Positions 34,652-43,789 of a stretch of DNA of 64,000 bases are shown one piece after another. The stretch is from Thermoplasmata archaeon (GTDB taxonomy: Archaea; Thermoplasmatota; Thermoplasmata; Lutacidiplasmatales; UBA184), in the NCBI GenBank assembly GCA_028864975.1, contig JAGWLG010000006.1:32001-96000 (forward strand), given 5' to 3'. The notes below the pieces were generated by a model. It had not been told where the DNA came from. It made no database searches and saw only the letters and a program-made list of their open reading frames with translations. Position numbers and translations under genes: made by a program. How positions within the stretch are numbered: position 1 is the stretch's first letter; the number at the start of each line of letters is the position of its first letter.

Positions 34652-35621
34652 CACGCCTCTTGTCCGGGGCACGGGACTCGACGATGGTCCCGGCCGTCCC
34701 CTGGAGCGCGTGGGCAAAGTGTTCCGCATCGGTGATCAGGGCCCTCCGCCCGCCGTCGCTGATGAACGAGAGCGCCGCCTCGACCTTCGGGCGCATACTT
34801 CCCTCCCCGAACTCTCCCCCTTCAAGGTACGTACGCAGCTGCGACGCTGCGACACGTCCGAGTCGCCGCTCCCTCGGGGTTCGGAACCCTATGGAGACAT
34901 GGTCCACATCGGTCAGGATGGCGAGCTCGTCGGCTCCCAGGGACCGAGCGAGGAGCGCCGCGGTACGGTCCTTGTCGATCACCGCCTCCACCCCTTCGAA
35001 CCGCCCCCCGGCCTTCGCTACGACCGGCACGCCCCCGCCTCCAGCGAGGAGCAGGACCATCCGACGACCGAACCCCTCTTCCAACATCCGTCGCAGCACC
35101 GGTCCTTCTACGATCCGCTGTGGGTGAGGGGATGGGACAACCCGACGCCACCCACCTCGGGCCATGTCGTGGACCATCGTCCAGCCCCTCTGCTTGGTCA
35201 GCAGTCTGGCCTCGTTGTCCGAGTAGTACCTCCCGATGGGCTTGGTGGGATGCGCGAAAGCCGGGTCCTTCCCGGAAACCTCTACCCGTGTCACGACCGG
35301 GATCACGGGACGAAGGACCCCGGAGCGGCTCAAGGCGTAGCCGAGCTCCTGCTGGAGGAGGTAGCCGATCCAACCCTCGGTCGCGGCACCGAGCGCGTCG
35401 AGCGGGAGGGGGGCCACCTCCCGCGTGGCCTCCTGTTGGAGCAACAGGTTCCCGACCTGCGGGCCGTTCCCGTGGGTCAGGATGATCTCGGTGCCTTTCG
35501 AGGCCATGCGGGCGAGGGGGGCCACCACGCTCCGGGCGTTCTCCCGCGCCTCCTCCCAGGTCCCCGCCTCGCCCGCCCGCGAGATGGCGTTCCCCCCGAG
35601 GGCCACGACGATGCGGGTCAC
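34635..35621 (-). CDS. arcC: Carbamate kinase
   Basis: ALGGNA, THGNGPQVG, PTKPIG, RRVVPSP, GGGGVPV, VIDKD, GSMRPKV; GTG 35621 with RBS. Confidence 0.93.
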   Translation of the reverse strand: MTRIVVALGGNAISRAGEAGTWEEARENARSVVAPLARMASKGTEIILTHGNGPQVGNLLLQQEATREVAPLPLDALGAATEGWIGYLLQQELGYALSRSGVLRPVIPVVTRVEVSGKDPAFAHPTKPIGRYYSDNEARLLTKQRGWTMVHDMARGGWRRVVPSPHPQRIVEGPVLRRMLEEGFGRRMVLLLAGGGGVPVVAKAGGRFEGVEAVIDKDRTAALLARSLGADELAILTDVDHVSIGFRTPRERRLGRVAASQLRTYLEGGEFGEGSMRPKVEAALSFISDGGRRALITDAEHFAHALQGTAGTIVESRAPDKRRASVVR

Positions 35622-35658
35622 CCTCTTCCTCCGAGAGCTCCCGCGACCGTCGGGGGGG

Positions 35659-35666
35659 TTAATAAA
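35659..35666. promoter_or_regulatory. Bidirectional TATA-like box (TTAATAAA) between arcC and purB
   Basis: Only AT-rich element in a 65-nt divergent gap. Confidence 0.55.
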
Positions 35667-35686
35667 CAAGGTCCGTTCCCGGCGGC

Positions 35687-37069
35687 GTGAAGGGCCCCGA
35701 AGAGGACCTGGTCTGTCCCCTGGAGTTCCGTTACGGACCCGAGAAGGTCCGAGCGCTCTTCACTCGCCGTGCGCGACTCTCTCGCTGGCTCAGGGTCGAA
35801 TCGGCTCTCGCCCAGGCCCTCGCGGACGAGAAGCTGATCCCCCCCGACGCCGCCAAGGCGATCGCGCGGGCGGCCACCCCAGAGCTCGTCAAGCTCGAGC
35901 GCGTGGACGAACTGGAGCGGGAGACCCGCCACGACGTCATGGCCCTCTCTCGTGCGCTCGCCGAGAAGAGCGGCGAGGGGGCGCGCTGGGTGCACTTCGG
36001 GGCGACCTCGAACGACATCCTTGACAGTGCTCTGGGGCTCGAGCTCCAGGAGACCGTTGCGGTCCTCGACACCTACCTCACCTCGCTCATCGCCGCGCTC
36101 CTGGACCAGGGCGAGGCGCATCGAGGGACGGCCATGGTAGGGCGGACGCACGGCCAGCACGCGGTCCCTTTCACGCTGGGCTACAAGTTGGCCGGCTTTG
36201 CGGCCGAGTTCCTCCGGCATCGCACCCGGCTCGGAGAGCTCGCCCCCCGTCTCGCGGTGGGCAAGATGTCCGGGGCGGTCGGTACGGGCGCCAGCTTCGG
36301 TGAGCACGCGTCGGCCGTCGAGGACCGTACGATGAAAGGTCTGGGACTTTCGGCCGAGCCCGCCCCGACGCAGATCGTGGCGCGCGACCGCCTGGCGGAG
36401 CTGGTGAACTGGATCGCCCTGGTTGGCTCGAGCGCGGACCGGCTCGCGACAGAGGTCCGCAACCTCCAGCGGAGCGAGATCGGGGAGTTGGGCGAACCTT
36501 TCGACGAGGTCTCCCAGGTCGGCTCCTCGACCATGGCCCAGAAGCGGAACCCGACGAACGCCGAGAATATCTCGTCCTTGGCACGGCTCTTGCGGGCCTT
36601 CGCAGGGGTCCCCCTTGAGAACATGGTGCAGTGGCATGAGCGGGACCTCGCCAACAGCGCGAACGAACGCATCGTGCTCCCCCATGCGGTGCTGCTCCTC
36701 GCGGAGATGCTGGAACGGCTCACCACCATCGTTCGAGGGCTTCGTGTCGATCCTTCGCGCATGCGAGAGAACCTGGAGTCGAGCGGCGGCGCGGTGATGG
36801 CCGAAGCGCTCCTCCTGGCGATGACGGAGCGGGGGGTGCCCCGGGCGGAGTCGCACGAGGCGGTACGGCAGCTCACGCGGGCCCTCCCCCACGGGGATGC
36901 CCGCGCCCTCCTCGCGCGGGCCCGTGAGAACCAGGCCGTGGCGCGGTGGTTCTCGAAAGGCGAGCTCGAGCGGCTCCTTGACCCGGAAGCCTACGTGCGG
37001 TCCTCCGAGCGGAAGGCCGCCCGCGTCCTGGCCTCTCTACGGAAGGAGCTTGCCCGGCCCTCCCCGTGA
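35687..37069 (+). CDS. purB: Adenylosuccinate lyase
   Basis: RHDVMA, HFGATSND, GRTHGQHA, GSSTMAQKRNP, WHERDL. Confidence 0.93.
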   Translation: MKGPEEDLVCPLEFRYGPEKVRALFTRRARLSRWLRVESALAQALADEKLIPPDAAKAIARAATPELVKLERVDELERETRHDVMALSRALAEKSGEGARWVHFGATSNDILDSALGLELQETVAVLDTYLTSLIAALLDQGEAHRGTAMVGRTHGQHAVPFTLGYKLAGFAAEFLRHRTRLGELAPRLAVGKMSGAVGTGASFGEHASAVEDRTMKGLGLSAEPAPTQIVARDRLAELVNWIALVGSSADRLATEVRNLQRSEIGELGEPFDEVSQVGSSTMAQKRNPTNAENISSLARLLRAFAGVPLENMVQWHERDLANSANERIVLPHAVLLLAEMLERLTTIVRGLRVDPSRMRENLESSGGAVMAEALLLAMTERGVPRAESHEAVRQLTRALPHGDARALLARARENQAVARWFSKGELERLLDPEAYVRSSERKAARVLASLRKELARPSP

Positions 37070-37100
37070 GCGGACAGGTCCGCCCGCGAAGAACGCCGAA

Positions 37101-37364
37101 ATGAAGTGGAGCGCGGAGGTCACCGTCGGCCCGCTGGGGGAGTCGCTCGCGTCAAGACTGGTCGCGACCCTCCTCCCTGAATCGGGCGACGAAGGAGTTC
37201 CTCATACCCGGACCGCGGTCGAGCTCCTTTCTGGAGGCGTCGTCCAGCTACGGTTCCGGGCCGAGACCACATCCGCGCTGCGCGCGGCGCTCAACGCCCA
37301 CCTGCGGTGGGTCCAGCTGGCCCTGCGGGTGGACGGGCTCTCCCGCCGCTCTCCGCGGACGTAG
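37101..37364 (+). CDS. pcc1: KEOPS complex subunit Pcc1
   Basis: ATG 37101; LLPE...RT...LRFRAETTSALRAALNAHLRWV pattern; near prefoldin beta as in the conserved archaeal order. Confidence 0.75.
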   Translation: MKWSAEVTVGPLGESLASRLVATLLPESGDEGVPHTRTAVELLSGGVVQLRFRAETTSALRAALNAHLRWVQLALRVDGLSRRSPRT

Positions 37365-37425
37365 AGCCTTCCCCCGCGTCGGTCCGCGACCTCGGACGAG
37401 CGCGGCCTCCGCCCGTTCGCGAGCG

Positions 37426-37803
37426 CTATCGAGAAGGGGTACGGAACGCGGACTCCAGGATGAACAGGATGCCCGCGATCACACCGAGGATGGCTCCGAT
37501 CACCACGATGACGTAGGCTCCGTGGCCCCCCGCAAAGAACCAGGTGATCCCGGAGAGGACGAGAACGACCACGCCCCCCACGGCCTTGTCCGGTGGCGGA
37601 TGGGATCGCGCGTACCCCGTAAAGATCAGGATCAGGATACCGAGCACGAAATCGATGATCCCGGAGTAGAGCAGTCCCACGAGATCGTAGCCGTTCCAGG
37701 TGGCGACATCGAGGATCGTCCCGATGAGCGCTCCGAGGAGGACCCCGATGATCACCAACGCTCCGGCGAGGACCCCCAAGAGCGTCGCCAGGTTGCCGCG
37801 CAT
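37426..37803 (-). CDS. Small 4-TM membrane protein
   Basis: 125 aa, four hydrophobic Gly-rich helices. Confidence 0.7.
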   Translation of the reverse strand: MRGNLATLLGVLAGALVIIGVLLGALIGTILDVATWNGYDLVGLLYSGIIDFVLGILILIFTGYARSHPPPDKAVGGVVVLVLSGITWFFAGGHGAYVIVVIGAILGVIAGILFILESAFRTPSR

Positions 37804-37910
37804 GACCCTCGACCGCCGACCCGAATGCCCACATCTAGGTTCTGGTCCAAAGGCATGGGAGGCGACGGCCCTCCAAATCCTAATTACGGGGGTCCGCTCG
37901 AGGCCGCTCG

Positions 37911-38291
37911 ATGGCGATACCCGCGAAGCTCCAGAACGAGATCAAGCAGTTCCAGCGGCTCCAGCAGGAGCTGGCCATGCTCGACCAGCAACGGATGCAG
38001 CTGGAGATGAAGCTCCGAGAGACCTTGAGCACGCTCGAGGAGCTCAAGTCCGTGCCCGACGACGCTCCCATCTATCGTCCGGTCGGTGGCCTGCTGGTGA
38101 AGGCCACGGGGAAGAAGGAGGTCGAGGACGGCTTGACCGAGGAGAAGGAGACCCTCGAGGTCCGGGTCAAGGGCCATGAGCGGAACTTGAACCACCTGCG
38201 GGAGCGACTTCAGACCATGCAGAAGGAGCTCACTTCCTCGCTCCAGGCGGCAGGGGTCGCCGTCGACTCCGGCGGCGAAGAGGCGAGCTAG
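37911..38291 (+). CDS. pfdB: Prefoldin beta subunit
   Basis: Coiled coil, then TLEELKSVPDDAPIYRPVGGLLVK, then coiled coil. Confidence 0.92.
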   Translation: MAIPAKLQNEIKQFQRLQQELAMLDQQRMQLEMKLRETLSTLEELKSVPDDAPIYRPVGGLLVKATGKKEVEDGLTEEKETLEVRVKGHERNLNHLRERLQTMQKELTSSLQAAGVAVDSGGEEAS

Positions 38292-38347
38292 GGGCGCTCG
38301 GCTCGGCGCCCGCGGACCGCCCCCGGGCCTCAGAGGCTCCTCGGACC

Positions 38348-39331
38348 ATGTCTCGTCCCGCGCTGCTCCGCCGGGGCTCGGGCGTCCGGGTGGTCGCTCC
38401 GTCCCGAAGCCTGTCGATCGTGGCCCCAGCGGTACGGGCCATCGCCCTTCGTCGCTACTCGGAGATGGGACTCGAGGTCTCGTTCGGGCGGCACGTGGAG
38501 GAGTCCGACGCCTTCGGATCGACCTCGGTGAAACACCGGGTCGAAGACCTCGTCCGTGCGTTCGAGGACCCTTCCGTCGAACTCCTTCACACGGTGATCG
38601 GGGGCTTCAACGTCAATCAGCTGCTCCGAGAACTGCCCTATCGAACGATCGAACGAAACCCGAAGGCCCTGTGCGGCTACAGCGACATCACCGCGCTCCA
38701 ACTCGCGATCCACGCCAAGACCGGTCTCATCAGCTTCAGCGGCCCCCACTATGCGACCTTCGGGATGCTCCGAGGGTTCGAGTACATCCGGGATCAGTTC
38801 CACCGTGCCCTGTTCGACCGGGGCAGCTTTGAGCTGCCAGCCTCGTCGCGATGGAGCGCGGACCCGTGGTACCGCGACCAGGTGCATCGGCACTTTCGTG
38901 CCAATCGGGGACCCTGGGTCGTCCAGCCCGGGCGTGCCCGAGGGAGGCTGCTGGGCGGCAACCTCTGCACCTTGAACTTGCTCCAGGGGACCGAGTTCCT
39001 TCCCGACCTCGAAGGTTCCGTCCTGTTCGTCGAGGACTGCGACGACGATGGGACCCCGGTCTACTTTGACCGGAACCTGCAGTCCGTTCTGCACCTGCCC
39101 TCCGCCCGGGGGCTGAGGGGCCTGGTCATCGGACGATTCCAACCTAAGGCGAAGATGACGCGGAAGCTACTGCAGGCGATCGTCAGGTCAAAGTCCGAAC
39201 TCGAGGGCCTCCCTGTGGTGGCTGACGTCGACTTCGGCCACACCTACCCGATGTGTACGTTCCCGATCGGAGGTAGGGTGGAGCTCGAGGCCCGAGGGGG
39301 ACGCGTGCGGCTCACGCTCAGCGCGACCTGA
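38348..39331 (+). CDS. S66 peptidase (LD-carboxypeptidase / MccF-like)
   Basis: VVAPS, IGGF, GYSDIT (Ser), GGNL, FVED (Glu), DFGHT (His). Confidence 0.9.
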   Translation: MSRPALLRRGSGVRVVAPSRSLSIVAPAVRAIALRRYSEMGLEVSFGRHVEESDAFGSTSVKHRVEDLVRAFEDPSVELLHTVIGGFNVNQLLRELPYRTIERNPKALCGYSDITALQLAIHAKTGLISFSGPHYATFGMLRGFEYIRDQFHRALFDRGSFELPASSRWSADPWYRDQVHRHFRANRGPWVVQPGRARGRLLGGNLCTLNLLQGTEFLPDLEGSVLFVEDCDDDGTPVYFDRNLQSVLHLPSARGLRGLVIGRFQPKAKMTRKLLQAIVRSKSELEGLPVVADVDFGHTYPMCTFPIGGRVELEARGGRVRLTLSAT

Positions 39332-39470
39332 CCCGCAGCCTTGACGCGGCTTTGGAGCCGTGAACACTGGGGTAGTGACTGGAGCTTGTGCAGGAGGCGG
39401 AGGTGGGACAGGGGATGTGGCGGGTCATGCTCGACCCTTCGCCAGTGTGGCGCCGCCTGCGACGAGGCGC

Positions 39471-39761
39471 TTAATCAGGGAGATCGCGTCGCCAGACCCT
39501 GCGATCTGAGGGGGAAAGTCCCGGGCGGCCGGACCATGGTGGTCGGTGGCCGCCGTTCGCCCTCCGTGCGAAGAGGAACCCCCTGATTCTGGTCCAAGGG
39601 CCTCGAAGGGAGGTCCTGCGATCCGCTGCCTCTACGGGGGGATCCAGCTCCAGCACGTTCGCGAGCCCACCACCGCAGTATTCGTCGCTCAGGAAGGTCG
39701 TGAGCCCATCGTCCATCCGTACGCTTCCGCAGGTCCAGGGACGCCGCGCGTAGTTCGCCAT
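39471..39761 (-). CDS. Hypothetical small protein
   Basis: ATG with AGGTG RBS 7 nt upstream and GC3-rich codons in the 5' half; 3' half less convincing. Confidence 0.4.
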   Translation of the reverse strand: MANYARRPWTCGSVRMDDGLTTFLSDEYCGGGLANVLELDPPVEAADRRTSLRGPWTRIRGFLFARRANGGHRPPWSGRPGLSPSDRRVWRRDLPD

Positions 39762-39873
39762 GTTCGTGCACCTTAGATCTCCTAGGTGCGCGCGGGGTCT
39801 TCCACCAGACGCACCGAGGGAGGTCCCGACCCGTGCTCACGACCGGTGAGCCCCGAGAGGACCTACGGGGAGG

Positions 39874-40977
39874 TCACTTCTTCCTTTCCGTGAGGACCGT
39901 CCCGATGCCCCGCAGCAGGTCCTTGCCCTCAGTGCTGAGTGAGGAGGAGGCGATGCCTCGCTCGGCCTTGGCCACGAGTTCGCGGATCCGCTTTTCAGAG
40001 TAGTCGAAGCTCCCGGCCTCCTCCAACACCGTAAGGGCCTCGTCGAAGGACTCGGGGGAGGCGAGGGCGTTGCCGAGGACCTTGCTGAGCGCCTCCCGGC
40101 CGTCCCGACCGGCGTGGGCCCATCCGTGGACCACGAGGAGAGTGCGCTTACCCTCGTAGAGGTCGTTGGCGCTCTTCTCCGCCTCTTCTCCAGGGACCTC
40201 GCGCGCCCCCAGGATGTCGTCCCTCAGCTGGAACGCGACGCCCAGGTCATCGCCGACGACCTGGAGCATCCTCAGGGTTGACGTGGAGGCACCGCCCAGG
40301 ATGGCTCCCATCCTCAGCGGGGAAGAGACCGTGTACACGGCGCTCTTCAGACGGTGGACCGTGAGGACGTCCTGCTCGCGGACCTTCTGGACCGGGCGGA
40401 CGCCGTTCAGAACGTCCAACACTTGTCCGAAGGCCGTCGCACGGGTCATCTTCCGGTACTCCTCGAGCAAGGACCGCACGCGCCCGTCGGGGCAGCGGCA
40501 CGAGAGGAACAGGTCCATCGTCGAAGGTTCCAGAAGGTCGCCGAGGGTGATCGCCATGGCTTCGCCGAAGTCGGCGTCGCTTCCGGACAGCCGACGCGAT
40601 CCATGGAGCTTGGCGAGCGACACGTGGAGGGTCGGCCCCCCTCGTCGGGTCTCCCCGTGGTCCATGATGTCATCGTGAATGAGCATCCAGCTCTGGAAGG
40701 CCTCGAGCGCGGCGGCGGCAGGGAGCGCTTTGCGGAGCTCCCGACCACCCGCGAGATGGTACCCGGCGAGCAGGAGACACGCACGGAATCGCTTGCCGCC
40801 CCGGAGCGTGAACTCCTCGACGGCGTCGACGAAGAGCGGTAGGTCCGGGTGAAGCCTTCGCGCCTCCTTCCGCAGCGCCCGGAAGTGCTGGCGGAGCAGC
40901 CCCTCAACGGGCTTGCGCATCGCCAGGAGCTGACCCACGTCCAAGCTTTTCCACCCCCCGGCCGCCTCGACCGCCAC
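39874..40977 (-). CDS. Polyprenyl diphosphate synthase (GGPP synthase)
   Basis: GGKRFR, LIHDDIMD...RRG, GQVLD, KSAVYT, FQLRDDIL, DLYEGKRT. Confidence 0.92.
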   Translation of the reverse strand: MAVEAAGGWKSLDVGQLLAMRKPVEGLLRQHFRALRKEARRLHPDLPLFVDAVEEFTLRGGKRFRACLLLAGYHLAGGRELRKALPAAAALEAFQSWMLIHDDIMDHGETRRGGPTLHVSLAKLHGSRRLSGSDADFGEAMAITLGDLLEPSTMDLFLSCRCPDGRVRSLLEEYRKMTRATAFGQVLDVLNGVRPVQKVREQDVLTVHRLKSAVYTVSSPLRMGAILGGASTSTLRMLQVVGDDLGVAFQLRDDILGAREVPGEEAEKSANDLYEGKRTLLVVHGWAHAGRDGREALSKVLGNALASPESFDEALTVLEEAGSFDYSEKRIRELVAKAERGIASSSLSTEGKDLLRGIGTVLTERKK

Positions 40978-40981
40978 CCTC

Positions 40982-40988
40982 TAATAAA
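40982..40988 (+). promoter_or_regulatory. TATA box (TAATAAA) in the 33-nt divergent gap
   Basis: About 25 nt upstream of ATG 41011. Confidence 0.55.
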
Positions 40989-41010
40989 GGGAGCCCGACA
41001 CCGGAGCTCG

Positions 41011-42036
41011 ATGGCCTCTCGTCGGTTCGCGACGCTGGTCGACGCGGTGGCCCGGGCGTTCGGCCAGGAGGGGAACCAGCTCAAGGAGACCCCGGAGGCG
41101 ATCTATCTTCGTTCCTCCGACGGACTCGTCTACGCCTTCTTCGAGGAAGCGCAGCGACTGTCGCCCGCGCTGATCAAAAAGCTCGTCGCTTCGATGGGCG
41201 AGGACATGTCGCGCCTCGTCGTCCTTTCGCTCGGACCCCTCCCTCCCGATTCGATGGCGCTCTTCGAACAGGCGGGGAGCTCGGTGGTGGCGGGGGACCG
41301 GTTCCAACGGCTTCTCGAGGGATTGGAACTGAGCGGCTACGGGGACCTGAGCGGACCCTCGCCGCCCGTCAAGGAGGAGACCCCGCGACGCGTACTTCCG
41401 ACCGCGGACCGCCTGGACCAGCTGATGGAGCGGGGACGTCTGTGGATGGGGTGGGACGTCCCCGCCATCGCGCTGCGCTTCTTCGACGAGGCGACCCGTT
41501 TGAAGCCGGAGTTCGCCCCGGCGCTCCTGGGGAGAGGGATGGCCTTGATCGCCCTGGGCGCGGCGGACTCGGCAGAGTCCTCGTTCGAGCGGGTCCTCTC
41601 CCAATCCCCTGGGGACGAGGAGGCTCGGGTCGGGCTCGCCCGTGTGACGGGTCTGCGGGGAGATCCCGAAGGGGAGGTCGACGAGCTCCTGGCGCTCCTC
41701 AAGGAGAACCCGGGGCGGACCCGCGTGCGCGCTCATCTGCTCGCGGCCCTCGCTCCTCTCGGACGATGGAAGGAGATGCGCTCGCATGTGGACGAGTTCC
41801 TCAGGGTGGTCCCTCAGGACCCCTACCTTCACGCGTTGAACGCCCTCTGTCTGGAACGGCTTTCGGACAAGGACGGCGCGGTGCGGGAACGTCGAGCGGC
41901 CGAGGTACTAGGCATGACCCCCCAGCTCTGGCAACGCCTCCGGGCGAGCGTCGAGCCCGCGGCGACCGCCCCGAGGGGAGCGAAGGGCCCCAAGGGGGAC
42001 GCTCGGGCCCGGTCGTCCTCTTCCGCCAAGCGGTGA
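41011..42036 (+). CDS. TPR protein with N-terminal degenerate restriction-endonuclease(Mrr)-like domain
   Basis: C-terminal TPRs (ALRFFDEATRLKPEFAPALLGRG; ESSFERVLSQSPGDEEAR); N-domain pattern resembles Mrr_cat without catalytic residues (inference). Confidence 0.75.
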   Translation: MASRRFATLVDAVARAFGQEGNQLKETPEAIYLRSSDGLVYAFFEEAQRLSPALIKKLVASMGEDMSRLVVLSLGPLPPDSMALFEQAGSSVVAGDRFQRLLEGLELSGYGDLSGPSPPVKEETPRRVLPTADRLDQLMERGRLWMGWDVPAIALRFFDEATRLKPEFAPALLGRGMALIALGAADSAESSFERVLSQSPGDEEARVGLARVTGLRGDPEGEVDELLALLKENPGRTRVRAHLLAALAPLGRWKEMRSHVDEFLRVVPQDPYLHALNALCLERLSDKDGAVRERRAAEVLGMTPQLWQRLRASVEPAATAPRGAKGPKGDARARSSSSAKR

Positions 42037-42085
42037 GAAGCGAGAAAAGGGGTCGCGGCTGCGCGCCCCACCCCCGTGGGTCCCC

Positions 42086-43045
42086 ATGCGCGTGGTCTCC
42101 TTCCTACCCAGTGCGACCGAGATCGTCTACGCTCTCGGGAAGGGGGACCAGCTGGTCGGACGGAGCCACGAGTGCGACCATCCCCCGGAGGCGACCGGGC
42201 TTCCCGTGGTCATGAAGGCCCGCGAACCGATGGGTCATCTCTCGTCGCGGGAGATCGACGAGAAGGTCGGGGCACGGCTCGAGTCCCATGAAGAGCTCTA
42301 CGAGATCGACGAGGGCCTCCTCGCCAGGCTTTCGCCGGACGTGATCCTGACGCAGGAGCTCTGTCGGGTGTGCTCGATCACCCCAAAGGGACTCGCCGAT
42401 GCGCTTGAGAAGCTCGAGCGCAAGCCGCGGGTCGTGGTCCTCGCCCCCACCCGACTCGCCCATGTGATGAAAGATGTCGAGACCGTCGCGCGAGAGCTCG
42501 GGGTGCCGGACCGCGGGACCGCGATGGTGGCGGAGCTCGAACGCAAGCTCGCCTCCGCGGCGGGACACGAGCGCGCAAGGCCCACTTCGGGCGAGGAGGG
42601 CACCCGACCGCGCGTGGCGGTCCTCGAATGGCTCGACCCGCCGATCGTGGCCGGGCTCTGGGTACCAGACATGATCCGAAAGGCCGGGGGCCTGCCGGTC
42701 CTGGCCAAAGCCGGGGCCCCGGGGGGCCGGACCACCTGGGACTCCCTTCGAGGCGCGGGCGCGGACCTGCTGGTCGCCGCCCCCTGCGCCTACCCTCTCG
42801 AGCGGACCCTAGGGGAGTTGCGTGGTCCCCGACCGCATCCGCTCGAGGACCTGCATCCCCCCCGAGGGGTCTGGGCGGCCGACGAGGCTTTCTTCTCTCG
42901 CCCCGGTCCCCGGTTGGTGGAAGGGGTCGAGCTGCTCTCGGACCTGGTGCACGGTCAGGGGAGGCCGCGTCGGTCCTTCGAAGGTCGGGCGGTCCCGGCG
43001 TTCAAAGCCCCCCTGCCCCCCTACCGCATCCCCACGCGAAGGTGA
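42086..43045 (+). CDS. Cobalamin/iron ABC-type substrate-binding protein (BtuF-like, no signal peptide)
   Basis: MRVVSFLPSATEIVYALG...VGRSHECDHP; FSRPGPRLVEG. Confidence 0.85.
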   Translation: MRVVSFLPSATEIVYALGKGDQLVGRSHECDHPPEATGLPVVMKAREPMGHLSSREIDEKVGARLESHEELYEIDEGLLARLSPDVILTQELCRVCSITPKGLADALEKLERKPRVVVLAPTRLAHVMKDVETVARELGVPDRGTAMVAELERKLASAAGHERARPTSGEEGTRPRVAVLEWLDPPIVAGLWVPDMIRKAGGLPVLAKAGAPGGRTTWDSLRGAGADLLVAAPCAYPLERTLGELRGPRPHPLEDLHPPRGVWAADEAFFSRPGPRLVEGVELLSDLVHGQGRPRRSFEGRAVPAFKAPLPPYRIPTRR

Positions 43046-43054
43046 GTCAGACCG

Positions 43055-43774
43055 ATGAGCGGATGGACCTCCTCCAGCTTCCTCTACCAGCCCCCCATCT
43101 CGTCGCCCCACCCGGTCATGGGACCCCGGGCAAGGTTCTCTCGGCTCGAGCTCCAACACATCGCGATCGCCTTCGTCGTCCTGACCGCCGACCTCGTCCT
43201 CATCCTGCTCCGCGACGCCTACTATCCGGGGATCCCCCGAGCCGACCTGATCTCGGCCGCCTTCGGGGCCGCGGTGGCGGCGCCCCTTGCCGCGGCCACC
43301 GGGTTCGTGGCCCACGAGATGGCCCACAAGTTCTCCGCTCAGCACCGCGGTCTCTGGGCCGAGTTCCGGATGTCCCCGCAGGGCTTGCTCATGTCGTTCA
43401 TCTTCTCCGCCCTCCTGGGCTTCCTCTTCGCCACCCCGGGCGCGACGATGATCGGGGGGCGAGGCACGATGGAAGAGGCCGGGATCACCAGCCTCGCAGG
43501 ACCGGGGACGAACCTTGCGGAGGCGGCAGGGTTCGCCGGGGTCGCGATCCTTCTGGCGAGGTTCCACGAGTGGTTCTGGGCGCCGCTCATCGCCTACGTG
43601 GCCTTCATCAACGTCATCTTCGCCGCCTTCAACCTGCTTCCGTTGGGTCCGCTCGACGGCAAGAAGGTCCTGGCGTGGAACAAGGGCATCTGGGTCCTGG
43701 CCCTTGCCGGGGCCGTCGCCATGGGCGTGTTCGCCTACCTCTACCTCTTCCCTTGGACGACCGGACCCGGCTGA
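43055..43774 (+). CDS. Site-2 protease family (M50) membrane metalloprotease
   Basis: HEMAH, SLAGP and NLLPLGPLDG motifs in TM context. Confidence 0.9.
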   Translation: MSGWTSSSFLYQPPISSPHPVMGPRARFSRLELQHIAIAFVVLTADLVLILLRDAYYPGIPRADLISAAFGAAVAAPLAAATGFVAHEMAHKFSAQHRGLWAEFRMSPQGLLMSFIFSALLGFLFATPGATMIGGRGTMEEAGITSLAGPGTNLAEAAGFAGVAILLARFHEWFWAPLIAYVAFINVIFAAFNLLPLGPLDGKKVLAWNKGIWVLALAGAVAMGVFAYLYLFPWTTGPG

Positions 43775-43789
43775 GCGAAGGGTGCGAGC

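Noticed and set aside
39508-39522. GAGGGGGAAAGTCC resembling the RNase P RNA 5' P4 motif
   Set aside because: No matching 3' P4 strand or room for a full RNase P RNA; lies within a plausible minus-strand ORF.
39341-39586. Cys-rich 81-aa plus-strand ORF as a possible RiPP or metallothionein
   Set aside because: TTG start without RBS, poor codon pattern, overlaps another ORF and no modification enzymes nearby.
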